A stretch of 64,000 nucleotides of DNA from the human T2T-CHM13v2.0 reference genome, Homo sapiens, in assembly GCF_009914755.1 (NCBI RefSeq), contig NC_060935.1; one strand, given 5' to 3'. Positions 42,340-54,788 of this stretch are shown piece after piece. The notes under the pieces were generated by a model. That model was given only the letters and a program-made list of their open reading frames with translations, was not told the origin of the DNA and ran no database searches. Positions within the stretch are counted from its first letter, which is position 1, and each line of letters opens with the position of its first letter. The position numbers were made by a program, and so were the translations under genes.

Positions 42340-43170
42340 AGTCAGGAAAAATATAATGAATGATGCATAATTTAGTCTGGGCCTTGAAAAATAGGTCCAA
42401 ATGTAATTTCATGAAATTATTTAATATTTTCAATATATAAAGAGCTCTTAAAAATAAACAAGACAAGCATGCCAATAGCAAAAAAAAAAATAAAAAAAAA
42501 GCCAAAGGACATCAAAGATAATTTATTAAAGGCAAAAATGTAAAGAAACATATTAAAATATTCAACCTAATAATGAAACAACTTCAAATAATAATATGCT
42601 TCTCTCCCCCAACCCCATTCAGTTGGTAGAAAAATTTTTTTTATATATCATCACCCAGCAGTGAAAAGATCATTTTGTATCTTGTTCATGGGAAAGTAAA
42701 TGAATACAACCATTTTGGAAGACAATATGGCAGTATGTATAAAGAACTTAAAAAATGTTATTTAATATTGATTAAATAATCAGAGATTTCCATAAAAATA
42801 TACTTGTATAATATGGAGCTACTTATAATAGCAAAAAACAGAATTACTAGATGCCCAATTCTAGGGAATTGGTTTAATTATGATATATACGTGTAACATT
42901 AGGAAGAATATTTTCAAAGACTTTTTAATGGAATAGGAAAATTTATCTAATATAATAAGTGACTAAAAAGGCAGATAACACATTATATATAAGATTTAAT
43001 TCTACTTAAAATGTACCTCTGCATGTGTATTATATATGTATTTACATATGCATTACCAAAAAAAAAAAAATAGCAACTATCTCTGAGTGGTGAGACTATG
43101 GATTTTTTTTTATTTTCTAATTTTTGTACATTTCCTAAATTTTCTATATGAACAAAAAATATTATTTGTT
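42340..43170 (+). mobile_element. Old L1 (L1ME-like) 3' fragment
   Basis: aatacaaccattttggaagacaatatggcagtatgtat...ctctgagtggtgagactatgg. Confidence 0.6.
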
Positions 43171-43380
43171 ACTTTGTACATATTATAGTTGTCTACTTAC
43201 TCTTACTGACAGAGAAGTAGTGATGCTATTGCTTTCCTTTGTAGAAAATCAATCCCATCTTCTAGGATATCTTCACCTTTGTTGCTATCATCCCATTTGA
43301 TCAATGATTTATTCTTGGTACTCTAGAAATCTTTCCCAAATGCCAAATTGAGTTAGGAAGCATACATCCTCTTGTTGGAT

Positions 43381-43585
43381 TTTTTTTTTTTTTGAGACAG
43401 GGTCTCACTATGTTGCCCAGGCTGGGGCGCAGTAGTGCCATCATAGCTTATTGTAACCTGCAACTCCTGGGCTTGAACGATTCTCCTGCCTCAGTCTCCT
43501 GAGCAGCTGAGAATACAGGCCCACACCACCACGCCCAGCTAATTTTTTATTTTTATTTTTGTAGAGTCAGGGTCTTGCTGTGTTT
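43381..43585 (-). mobile_element. AluJ-like, partial
   Basis: Right arm plus linker, left arm truncated. Confidence 0.85.
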
Positions 43586-44432
43586 TCGGATCAATTTTAT
43601 GCAATGTTTTCTTCTCCTTTCATCTGTATTACCTATTTTGCAAGCCATTGCACAATTCCAGCATCGCTCTAATCTTTCTGATGACTACAGAGGCAGTCAA
43701 AAATGGCACTTAATTAAGAGCATGAACTCGAGTCTCATTGTCCATGTTCTGTAAAACCTTGGGGTGGGTCCTGGAACAAATCCCCCAACTACCCTGAGGA
43801 GTGACTGTATGTCCCTCTTGCTCTCCATTTGATCTTAATCCACAGAATCAGCTTCTATTAAACATCAAATTTTTTAATCTGTGAAAATGTTCATCTTTCT
43901 ACAATTCTGGGAAAACTAAGGAGATTCACTCTTTTTGGAGAAGTGATAATTTGAGAAGTGGTTGCAACTTTACTCTAAATGTGGTAATATTTGGTCTTTT
44001 TCTTTCTCATGCCTTCCTAGAAAAAGAGTAAAACTGAAATAAAGCCTCTTTCATTGCAGTCGACACAGGTGATTATGAAAGACTTCAGAAATAAACCCCA
44101 GTGTCCTACGAGGCTAAATGACTTAGAGCCCACTCTGCATGACATATACTGTTTATAGTTTTTGAATATTTGAGGGATCTGGTTTGGGAAGCAATGACAA
44201 GAAAACCAGATTTTTGCAGTAAAATAAAATAAGAAAGAAGTCAATGGCATTGAATCCTAAAAGTCTTCCAAGCAAGAAGCCAGGGTAAGAGATACGTAGT
44301 TCAGCAAAGGTTTCGAATCCTCTTGAACCTTTATAGCCTCTAATCCTTAACACAGGTCTGCTCCCTTGTTCAAATTCATTAAATACCCAAAACAGCTGGG
44401 TAAAATATGGAATAATATAGGGTTACTGTTAA

Positions 44433-44620
44433 CTTGTTTAAATTCAGATCAAATCTTAGTCTTTGTTGTTGTTGTTGTTCTGGCCTTTTCTGTTTAATTT
44501 GCTTCAAAGGTTTTCAGGAGCAGTGATGTGAATTATTCTGCATGTGCTGGATAGATTTTAGGCTTTAAAAGAGGCAAGATGCCTCTGACTTTGTGAGCAC
44601 GAAAAGACTACCCTGAGCAG
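44433..44620 (+). repeat. Inverted repeat 1, left arm (pairs with 45305-45489)
   Basis: Manual reverse-complement alignment: about 9 differences outside a T/(TTG)n tract. Confidence 0.95.
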
Positions 44621-45304
44621 GGTTTTCAGATTTGGTTAGTCTGAAAGTAGTGACTCATATGGGTTATTATTTCCACAAAGATCAAAGACGTGTCTAATTG
44701 GATAAGGTGGGTAGCACAACAGGTGGTTTGTATCAAGTCTTCTCTTTGCTTTACAAAAAGCAGAGTAAATGCTCAGGTGAGAAATCTCACTCCAGCAAAG
44801 TTCACAAATTAATTTTCAAATTGCTGAGTTTTGAAGGAGTGTTAGTATTTTCAGTGTTAGAAGTTAAAGTTCAAGTTATCACCATAAACTACAACTTTGT
44901 TTCCTTTCCTATCTTGGCTTAACTGAAATCTGTAAGACATTATATTAATCTTTTTTTCTCCCCCCACAATTTTCCCTTCTCTAAAACTTCTGGAAAGAGC
45001 GTCAACATCAAATGAAAACATTTCCACAAACAGCCACATTAATTTGACTTATGTAAAGAATACATTACTCATAATTCAGTTAAAATATAAAATATTTAAA
45101 TTTGATATCTTATTTTCTCTTGACAAAGATGTAAATTTGGCACAGATTTATTTAATGGAGGGGTTAAAATACTTTTATATTTTCTAAGTGACTTTTTTTT
45201 TCCCACTGATCAAGAGATAGCCATACGTTTTGTATCTCTTTTTTTTTTTTTTTTTTTTCTAACAAGACAAAAAGTCAAGTGTCTTTAACAACGTATGTTG
45301 AAGA

Positions 45305-45892
<588 letters not shown>

Positions 45893-45913
45893 TCAGTTTT
45901 GTATTTATTTGAC

Positions 45914-46284
45914 TGATAAAAGAAAAACTTCAGCTGAATTAAATTTAAAGAAGTTTAACTGAACAACCAACGATTCACGAATCAAGCAGCTTTCCCAGCC
46001 AGAGTAGGCTCAGAGACTCCAGCACAGCCACATGGGAGAAGATTTATGGACAGAAAAAGGAAAGTGAGGCACAGAAGCAACTAGATTGGTTACAGGTTGG
46101 CATTTGCCTTATTTCAACATGTTCAAACAATTGGCTACATTTGGCCAAAACTCAATGATTGGCACAAGTGTAAGCTACGGTCTGTTTACACCTCCACTTG
46201 TTATAGTTCACAATGTACAGAAAAACCTTTAAGTCGAACTTAAAATACGTACAGAGGCAACTTTAGGCTAAACTTGATTTAACA
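45914..46284 (-). mobile_element. MER57-type ERV1 solo LTR
   Basis: Minus strand TGTTAAATCAAGTTTAGCCTAAAG...CTTTTATCA; flanks tgac/ggac resemble a 4-bp TSD. Confidence 0.8.
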
Positions 46285-46866
46285 GGACTTTGGAGAATTG
46301 TTAATTTGAGTATATTAGGAATATAGCCATTTTGTGTATAAAAAAGCTATGCGTGGTTTTACAGGAACCTAGTTCAAGAAAAATCAGACATATAAAACAG
46401 ACTAATAAGGAAGTGCTTACTCTGATTAGAAAATTATTCACCTTACAGGATAATTTGCATCAGAGTTCATTTTATCTGTGTGCATCCGAAATATGATTTT
46501 GTATTAAAAGTGAGTACTTATTACTATCTTAAATTTTATTGCATTTGTCTAATTATCCAGATAATTATGGTTTTTAAGAAAGATATGCTTTCACCTGAAC
46601 TACCCCAAACCTGAGAAATAATGTTATTTATAGAACATTAGAACTGGAAGGGAACTGAGAAACCCTTTAACCAAGCTGTATGTAGATTTGTTTTTTTAAT
46701 GTTGAGCTTGTAGTTAGAATGTAGATGCAGGAAAGTTGATCAGCATTATCATCACTTATTAATTTATTCTAGCTCTCATTTTGTAAGTGTGTGTGTGTGC
46801 ATGTGTGTATTTGGCATAAGAAGTTGGCTAAAATTTCCTAGCCTAAAAATGATCAAAGGAGTATTT

Positions 46867-46914
46867 TCTTGATCTGCAGTCAAATGCTCTACCCCTGAGC
46901 TATACCTTCTCCTT
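46867..46914 (-). pseudogene. Tailless retropseudogene of the tRNA-Cys(GCA) 5' half
   Basis: Minus strand GGTATAGCTCAGGGGTAGAGCATTTGACTGCAGATCAAGA matches the 5' part of human tRNA-Cys; 15-bp TSD aaaggagtattttct at 46855-46869 and 46915-46929. Confidence 0.9.
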
Positions 46915-47102
46915 AAAGGAGTATTTTCTACTACCCCTTTATTCAGCAAGTAGCAAATAAAAAGAAAGGAACCTTAAAGTCTTTATAGGTGACTTTTATT
47001 TGAAAAATATATGACATATGACCCACATCTATGTACTAGTTTTAAATGCTATCTGGCCTTTGTTATTATTTGTCTTAACAAAACAAAACAAAATCGTGCA
47101 GT

Positions 47103-47655
47103 TGTCAGAGGTGTGTGAACCAGAGCAACTCCATCTTAAGTAGGAGCTGGGTAAAATGAGGCTGAAACCTACTGGGCTGCATTCCCAGATGGTGAAGGCA
47201 TTATAAGTCACAGGATGAGACAGGAGGTCAGCACAAAATACAGGTCATGAAGACCTTGCTGATAAAACAGGTGGCAGTAAAGGAGCCGGCTAAAACCCAC
47301 CAAAACCCAAATGTCGACGAGAGTGACCTCTGGTTGTCCTCACTGCTACACTCCCAACAGCACCATGACAGTTTACAAGTGCCAAAGCAAATCAGGAAGT
47401 TACCCTATGTGGGCTAAAAAGGGGAGGTGTGAATTATCCACCCCTTGTTTAACATATCATCCAGAAATAACCATAAAAATAGGCAACCAGCAGCCCTCGG
47501 GGCTGCTCTGTCTATGGAGTAGCCATTCTTTTATTCCTTTACTTTCTAAATAAACTTGCTTTCACTTTGCACTGCAGACTCGCCCTGAATTCTTTCTTAT
47601 GCGAGATCCAAGAACCCTCTCTTGGGGTCTGGATCAGGACCCCTGTCCTGTAACA
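47103..47655 (+). mobile_element. MER41A-type 5' LTR
   Basis: tgtcagagg...gaaccagagcaactccatctt...tcctgtaaca; lacks the tandem GAS segment of MER41B. Confidence 0.9.
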
Positions 47656-48777
47656 TATTTCTGGTGACCATGAAGGGACTATAGTGCAGTAGCCCTGACC
47701 CAATGGCTACCTTTGGGTAAGTGTCGGGGTCCTGTAACGTCTTTCTGGCGACCAAGGAAGTGACTATACTGTGGAAACCCCCGACCCAAAGGCTACCTTT
47801 CGGTAAGTGGTGGGGTCCGGTAACATCTTTCTAGGGAACCACAAAAGGGACAATACTAAGGAGACCCCCCCCCCTCGCCTGACCCAAAGGAAATAGACTG
47901 CAGCACTGATGGGACAACTTTGGGTAAGTGGTGAGGTACCCAGGTAAAGAATGGGATTGGGTTAAGGGCCCAACTTAGGGGAGTTAGGGTCTCTCCTAAG
48001 ACAGAATGGGTTAGAGGCCCATCTTAATAAAAGGCAAGGATGCTTGACTTTAGGTTAGAGGCCCGACTTAGGAGGGTTAGAGTCCCTTCTAAGATTTAGG
48101 GGGTTAGAGGCCTCTCTCAGTAAAGTCTCTCTCAGTTAAGAACAGGTTTGGCACTATGTGATGTTAACTGCTGTTCTCTTTGGATTAATCTGCCTTGCAG
48201 TCTTTGCTGATGGCTGTGGGTGACAAGGTTAGGCATGTACAGGATCCAGGGACATAGGGACCTTTTTCCTCCCTAAAAGGGAAACTTGAGAGCTAACAGG
48301 ATGGCTGGAAAATATCCCTTTGCTACCGAGAAACAGCCGACTGGACTTTTCAATATTGCTGCAATGGGTGGGTCTTTCTCACCCCCCTGAGCATTTCGCC
48401 TTCCCCACACTGCCACAGGCAATGCTTTTCTCTCTCTCCTTTCCCTTTCTTATCTTTTCTATTACTCAGGGCAGCCATCTTGCCCAGAGACCACGTGTCG
48501 TGTCGAAACTCCAAGTCAGAGGTTGGATTAAAGATGACAGGGCCCATCTGGTGGCAAATTTAAGTCTTGCCACTTTGATATTGGGTGCTAAGCAGAGTGG
48601 CTAACATCTATGTTTTATCACACGTATTTTACTCTGGCCAGAATGAAAAAAAGTAATTTTCTTTTATATGCGGCTTGGCCCCCAGGGCGATGATGCCACA
48701 AACCGGATCACTAGGGCCATTCAGAAGCCTGGCATGCCGGCCAAAGGGTAAGCATTTCTTACCAGTCAGATTTCTGG

Positions 48778-48780
<3 letters not shown>

Positions 48781-48812
<32 letters not shown>
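48781..48812. repeat. (CT)n microsatellite inside the provirus
   Basis: Direct read. Confidence 0.95.
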
Positions 48813-48816
<4 letters not shown>

Positions 48817-49276
48817 AAATGGTTAAATGAATGGAAAAAAAAAAACAAAACAAAAACCAGTGTTTATCTCCTCTGTAAAGTTTTGATTAATGTGAAAAAG
48901 AATTCTAAGGCTAGTCTTAAACTGTTGTATTTTATGCTATGAATTCGTTTTTCTGTAGAATAAAACATGGGCTTAGAATACCTGTAACCCCACATTTCAA
49001 GACGTCCCAACAAGCTGGTCAGTAAACAAACTTGGCTGCAGGTGTCTGAAACAAACAAAAAAACTGGATGAAGTCTCCACCTTGTTTCATGTCCTTGGGA
49101 GCTTGACTTTTTAACCACGTGGTGGTACCTTCTCTTGGTCTCCGCCTTGCAGGGAACAGGAATTTTAGGGTTCATGTCATAGTCAACTCTAAAAATCATA
49201 TTAAACAGTTAAAACCCTTTACAACCTCAAAATTAACTACTCTAGACTTCTTCTGGGAAAGAAAATGGAGACTGCC

Positions 49277-49349
49277 TCCTACTGTAACTCAGTAACTAAG
49301 GTTTTACACTTTTACAGTGGTGGTCCGGGTTCAATTCCTCACCTAGGAA
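49277..49349 (+). pseudogene. Degenerate tRNA-Glu-like sequence inside the provirus
   Basis: 73 nt colinear with tRNA-Glu; TCCTA/TAGGA acceptor-like pairing; B-box GGTTCAATTCC. Confidence 0.6.
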
Positions 49350-52300
49350 GTAAATCATTTCTGGCTTAATATCTGCATGACCTTGTCTATTCTCTTCTCT
49401 GTGGACTATCTTAAATTTTCCTTTCTCTATGCAGCTAGCAGGTTACCTCTGGTAAAGTTCAGAAGCTAGAAATATTGGCTGCTTGGCATGGCTGAAGTCA
49501 GGTAATAAGAGATCTGAAAGGATTTCTTTTTTAAAGAGCACTATGGTTAAAAGTCAACTTAACTAAAAGTGGATAAACAAGCTATAGATATATTTTAAAG
49601 GCCTTTATGTTTTTCTCTTCTTGGAACTTGTTTTTCCGGGACTCCTTGGGAAAAACAGAGGAGGTGCCACAGACCCCGTTTTGGGGAAAAATCTGTTTTC
49701 CTCATGAAACCCCAAGAATTAAAAACAGATAGATCCCTCTCAAAATCAAAGACTCTGTTCTGTTTTACATTACGTTATATGATGGTTTTGAGTTTTGGGG
49801 ATATCAGAAATTACTTCACATTATGAGAGAGTTTTGATGTGTAATAACTAGGTAGTTAATAGTAGTTACAGAGGGATACTTGACTCTTTGCACACTTGTA
49901 TCAGAGAAACATGCTCTTGGCCACCTGGAAGATAAGGAAACATCCCTACCCCCTCGGGAGATGAGGCTTCCCTGAGGGATGGGCTGATTACCAAATGGGC
50001 TGATTAGCTTTGGGTTGTTTTACAATGAAATACAGAGTAGAAGCACTACACTATCTTCCACAGTATTTCCCTCCTTTTGGGGATCCAGGAACCAGTATAA
50101 AATGATACCCTTAATTTTGGGGATCTGTCTTTGCCTTCAGCTGCTTATTTGGCCCTAGAAATGGATGCTTTCCTGGCCCTGTTCTTCCAAGGGCTCCACC
50201 CTGAAGCCAGTAATCCAATTAAGAAAATGACCAATGAAAAATCTTACAAGTACTGAATCTTCTCTCTGTGTGTCATATGTGTCATATGTTTATATATAAA
50301 AGAGCTCTAATTAACTGGCTTAGAAAAATGAACAATTAAATAAAATATTTTGTCAGAAAAATAGAAACTTTAATGCCTTTTTGTTCACGTGACTTTAGTA
50401 ATCTTTTGGAAATAAAGACAATTTTAAAGATTATAGGTAAAGTAAAATGTCTTCAAAATGTAGACATTTGGTCTAAATTAAGACCAGATATCAGATTTAC
50501 TAACTACTTTAAGGTCAAACTGTTTCTTTGACTTTTGAAAATTGTTCAATTTACCTCCCTTAAAGCCATTAGATTCTAGATAAGGCCTGGGGACATGTGG
50601 AGTTAGCCACACCCCTAACTATGCTAGAGAGTCAGCTCTTATCTACACTTCTGCCTGGTGTCCTAGACTAGACTCCACACCTAGTACACAATTAAAATTG
50701 CTTACTAACCAGGGTTTTCACCAAAAGTAAAAGTTACTAAGAGTTAATATTATAACATGATTAAAACTACTAAAGAAACAACTTTATATGCAAGGTGTGT
50801 AAAGAAAGTAAAATGTGTTTTTGGTGAAATATTATAAGAAGTCATGGGAATGTGGATTTTTTCGGCCTAGAGTACTAAAGGATTGTTTTAAGTGAAAAAA
50901 AAAATCTAAAAATTTAAACAAGTTGTGGAAGGTTTATAAAGATTAATTGTAAGAGATTCTGTATGTGAACATATTGGCTAAAGTTAAAGGAATATTATTC
51001 AGTTTTTCCATAAATTAAACATTGGAATAAAAGCACAACGGGCTTTTCTTAGAGCACTGATCGGATCTTTCACAAAAAAAATGTAAAGGGTTATAGCAGG
51101 TTTATAAGAATCTTATGGTTAAACATTAAAATTAGGTAAATATGTCTATAAGGTTTTATTAAAAATTGAGTTTAACATTAATAGTACATTAATGTAAAGG
51201 TGAAATTTCACTTATTTGGTATAAAAACTATACAGGAAGCATTATCAAATATGAAATAGTATTTTGCTTTCTTTGCACTATATTTGCATAAATGTGTTAT
51301 TAGTATATGTTCCAAAATTATGGGAAACTCCTATAATTCTAATGTAACTTAGTGTATGTTATTAATACTTATAATTGTTATGTAAAATTTTGTGTGCCAC
51401 AGAAGTAACCAAATTTCCTTATCAGTTGTGGCTTTAACAGTGGCTGTCCTAAAACTTTTTATCTTCCACAGACAATTGTTGTCTTGTTTTAATCCTCTTC
51501 AGAAGGTGGTCTATAATCAACTATAGAACTCTAACAGATGTTCCTAAATAAAGGTTTTCTAATAACTTTGGAAAATTGTAACATTAGAATAGAGGAAACA
51601 ACTTTCAGAACTCTCATGAAGAACTGGAATATTCATGAATATCAAATAGAAGAGGAGTTAATGGAGTTAACTGAACCAATACAAAACTGAAGCAATCTTT
51701 TTAACTTTGCTTAAAACACTACTAATCCTTTGTTTTGTTTTTCGGAGTCAAGGAAACTTTTAAGCTATTTACAGCTTGTAACAATTGAATAAAGTATACT
51801 ACTGTGAACAAAATTTAGAACATATTTGTTTCTTTCTACCTGATTTCTCCAGAGTTTAGAAACTAGCTGTAAGTATTCTTATGGCAATATAGTTAGTTAC
51901 ATAAGTACAATAAGATTCTGTTTTCTTTTGTAACAGGACACAATTGGAGAAATTGGTTAATTTTACTAAGACTTTGACTAGAATGGTGTACTTTCCTTTA
52001 AGGAATCAAACTTAACTTGTAAAGGCCTGTAGGGAACTAGCCTCATACCTTCCCTACACAGTCCCTGTATAGGTTTCTGACCTGTGTTAAGTAAAGAATG
52101 TCACTTTCTCACAGGTCCAGGAGCCCCAAGTTATCTTGGGACCTCAAAAGGAGAAGAATTTACCCAATTCATAGGTATTTGAGGGTAAAAACCCATGGCA
52201 GGACTTGACTTTAAAAAAGTCTCATCTGAGATTCCTTATGAAACAGAGTTCCATCAAAGCCAATTAAAAACCTATGTGAAAAATAATTATTCTTATTACA

Positions 52301-52831
52301 CTTTATACAAATAATCAGGCCAAGTATAATAAAACAAATCAGTCTTACCATGATTTGTCTTTAATAAAAATGAGAAACTGGAGAGAGAGAAATATGTTTC
52401 AAAAACTGTGTTATACTTTCTGGTCTCATCAATTGTTTTTAAGTTTGTTTCTACAATTTAGGCTAACCCTACTTATTGCTGTAAACCAGCCAGGGCTCTC
52501 TGACTACTACACAGAAGAAACAAGAGGGACAGGTAATGTAAAAATCTGGATCAGTATTCTAATTCTGGATATATTAGAATCAAGTAACAACCCCATACCA
52601 ACTTAGTTCTAACAGCTGCCCAGTTCATGAAAAGCCTTCTAATTTAATTTACTTAGAATAACTTTACTTATTTTACATTACTCTTGTGGAATATATTACT
52701 GTTCTACTCTTTGTGTAGAAATACAGGACAAACTTACTGAATGTTTTCTTAAACATTTATTAATATTCCAGATATCACCTTTTGTCAAAACTCAAGAGTT
52801 GTGAATAGACCTTAAGATACTGATACTTTCT

Positions 52832-53144
52832 TTTTTTCTTTTTTCTTTTTTTTTTTTTTTTGAGTGGGAGTCTCATTCTGTCACCCAGGCTGGAGTGCAA
52901 TGGCACAATCTTGGCTCACTGCAACCTCCACCTCCTGGGTTTGAGCAATTCTCCCTGCTTCAGCCTCCCGAATAGCTGGGATTACAGGCTCCTGCCACCA
53001 CACCCGGCTAATTTTTGTATTTTTAGTAAAGATGGGGTTTCACCATGTTGGCCAGGCTGGTCTCATACTCCTGACTTCAGGTGATCCACCTTCCTCAGCC
53101 TCCCAAAGTGCTGGGATTACAGGCATGAGCCACCGCGCCCAGCC
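52832..53144 (-). mobile_element. Alu inserted in the provirus
   Basis: Dimer; degenerate TSD gatactttct. Confidence 0.93.
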
Positions 53145-53317
53145 ACCATAGCGATACTTTCTGATTGAACTCCTCTCTACCCTGAATGCAAGAAACGCTC
53201 ATAGTGAGATAGGAATATCATCACCCCTATTCAGCCTAAAGAAGTTACAGAAGATGGATCTTCCTCCCTCTACAACCCTTAAGATTAATGATTCTCTTAT
53301 AAAAGGGAGAGAAGAAA

Positions 53318-53873
53318 TGTTAGAGGAGTGTGAACCAGAGCAATTCCATTTTCAATAGGAGCTGGGTAAAATGAGGCTGAAACCTACTAGGCTGCATTCC
53401 CAGATAGTTAAGGCATTCTAAGTCACAGGATGAGTTAGGAGGTCAACACAAAATACAGATCATGAAGACCTTGCTGATAAAACAGGCTGCAGTAAAAGAA
53501 CCAGCTAAAACCCACCAAAACCCAAAGGGTGATGAGAGTGACTTCTGGTCATCCTCACTGCTACACTCCCAACAGCGCCAATGCAGTTTACAAATGCCAT
53601 GGCAAGTCATGAAGTTTCCCTATGTAGTCCAAAAAGGGGAGGCATAAATAATCCATCCCTTGTTTAACATACCATCATCCAGAAATAACCATAAAAATGG
53701 GCAACCAGCACCCCTCAGGACTGCTGTATCTATGGAGTAGCCATTCTTTTATTCCTGTACTTTCTTAATAAACTTGCTTTCACTTCGCTCTGCAGACTTG
53801 CGCTGAATTCTTTCTTACATGAGATCCAAGAACCCCCTGTTGGGGTCTGGATCAGGACCCCTTTCCTGTACCA
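53318..53873 (+). mobile_element. MER41A-type 3' LTR
   Basis: Colinear with the 5' LTR; TSD CAGT at 47099-47102 and 53874-53877. Confidence 0.9.
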
Positions 53874-54028
53874 CAGTCACCCTCACTTTACTCCCTTCTC
53901 ATCGCTGTATCTTTAAACCTCTAATTTGAGATATCTTTTAAATCTATCCCAGTGTCTGTCACTGTCCTGAAGATAAACACACCTCTAGCCATGCACACCA
54001 AAAAGAACTGGTCAGGGAAGGAGAAAGG

Positions 54029-54327
54029 TTTGTTGTTGTTGTTTTTTGAGGGAGAGTCTCACTCTGTCACCCAGGCTGGAGTGCAGTAGCGCGATCTCGG
54101 CTCACTGCACCCTCTGCCTCTTGGTGCAAGCGATTTTCATGTCTCAGCCTCCCGAGTAGCTGGGATTACAGGCATTTGCCACCGCACCAGGCTAATTTTT
54201 GTATTTTAGTAGAGACGGGGATTCACCATGTTGGCCAGGCTGGCCTCGAACTCCGGACCTCAGATGATCCACCCGCCTTGGCCTCCCAAAGTGCTAGGAT
54301 TACAGGCGTGAGCCCCGGGGCCCTGCC
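54029..54327 (-). mobile_element. Alu
   Basis: Dimer; TSD agaaagg at 54022-54028 and 54328-54334. Confidence 0.93.
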
Positions 54328-54444
54328 AGAAAGGAGGCTTTTTACCAACAAATTTTAAAAAGAAACAACAAACCAAAGAATTTTGCCATGGACAGTGGCA
54401 AAGTATCTGCTGTGCTGTTTCTGACCCTCCATAAAAATCATGTT

Positions 54445-54788
54445 CAGAAATGGTAAAAAGGCTAACGAAGATCAAACAAGAAGAGACAGAATCACGGGCG
54501 AAGGGGGCGCATTCAGGGTTTTCTGGACGTCAGGAAGGGACCGCGGTGGGGTGCTTTAGAAGTGGCCGGAGCCCGCACCTGCATGCAGCTCGCGCAGAAA
54601 GCGCCTGGACGCTCCCTTAGGACCGTTTGCATTCTGGCCGCTCGACAAAAACACCCTTTTGAAAAGGTGGTACTCACTGGGCTGTCAGAATTAAGGAACA
54701 CCAAATTAAGGCTAATAAAACCGTGCTGGGCTCAGAACTGAGCCTTGGTTTTAATCCCGATGCTTTGGATTAATACCAGGCTCTAATT
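54445..54788 (+). repeat. Inverted repeat 2, left arm (pairs with 59450-59789)
   Basis: Manual alignment: about 24 substitutions and 2 indels over ~340 bp. Confidence 0.95.

Larger units (their letters stand above)
47656..53317 (+). mobile_element. MER41-int (MER4-group, non-coding) internal region
   Basis: Lies between paired LTRs; PBS tggtgaccatgaagggac at 47662-47679 (tRNA-Arg-like); PPT aaaagggagagaagaaa at 53301-53317; no gag/pol/env ORF in the track. Confidence 0.85.

Noticed and set aside
44295-44325. B-box-like ggtttcgaatcc suggesting a tRNA
   Set aside because: Extra base in the box and no cloverleaf
47647-47935. CRISPR-like periodicity
   Set aside because: Eukaryotic ERV leader; the whole unit is duplicated, with no unique spacers and no cas genes
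47656-53317. Possible gag/pol/env genes in the provirus
   Set aside because: The longest ORFs are ~110 aa and show no retroviral motifs
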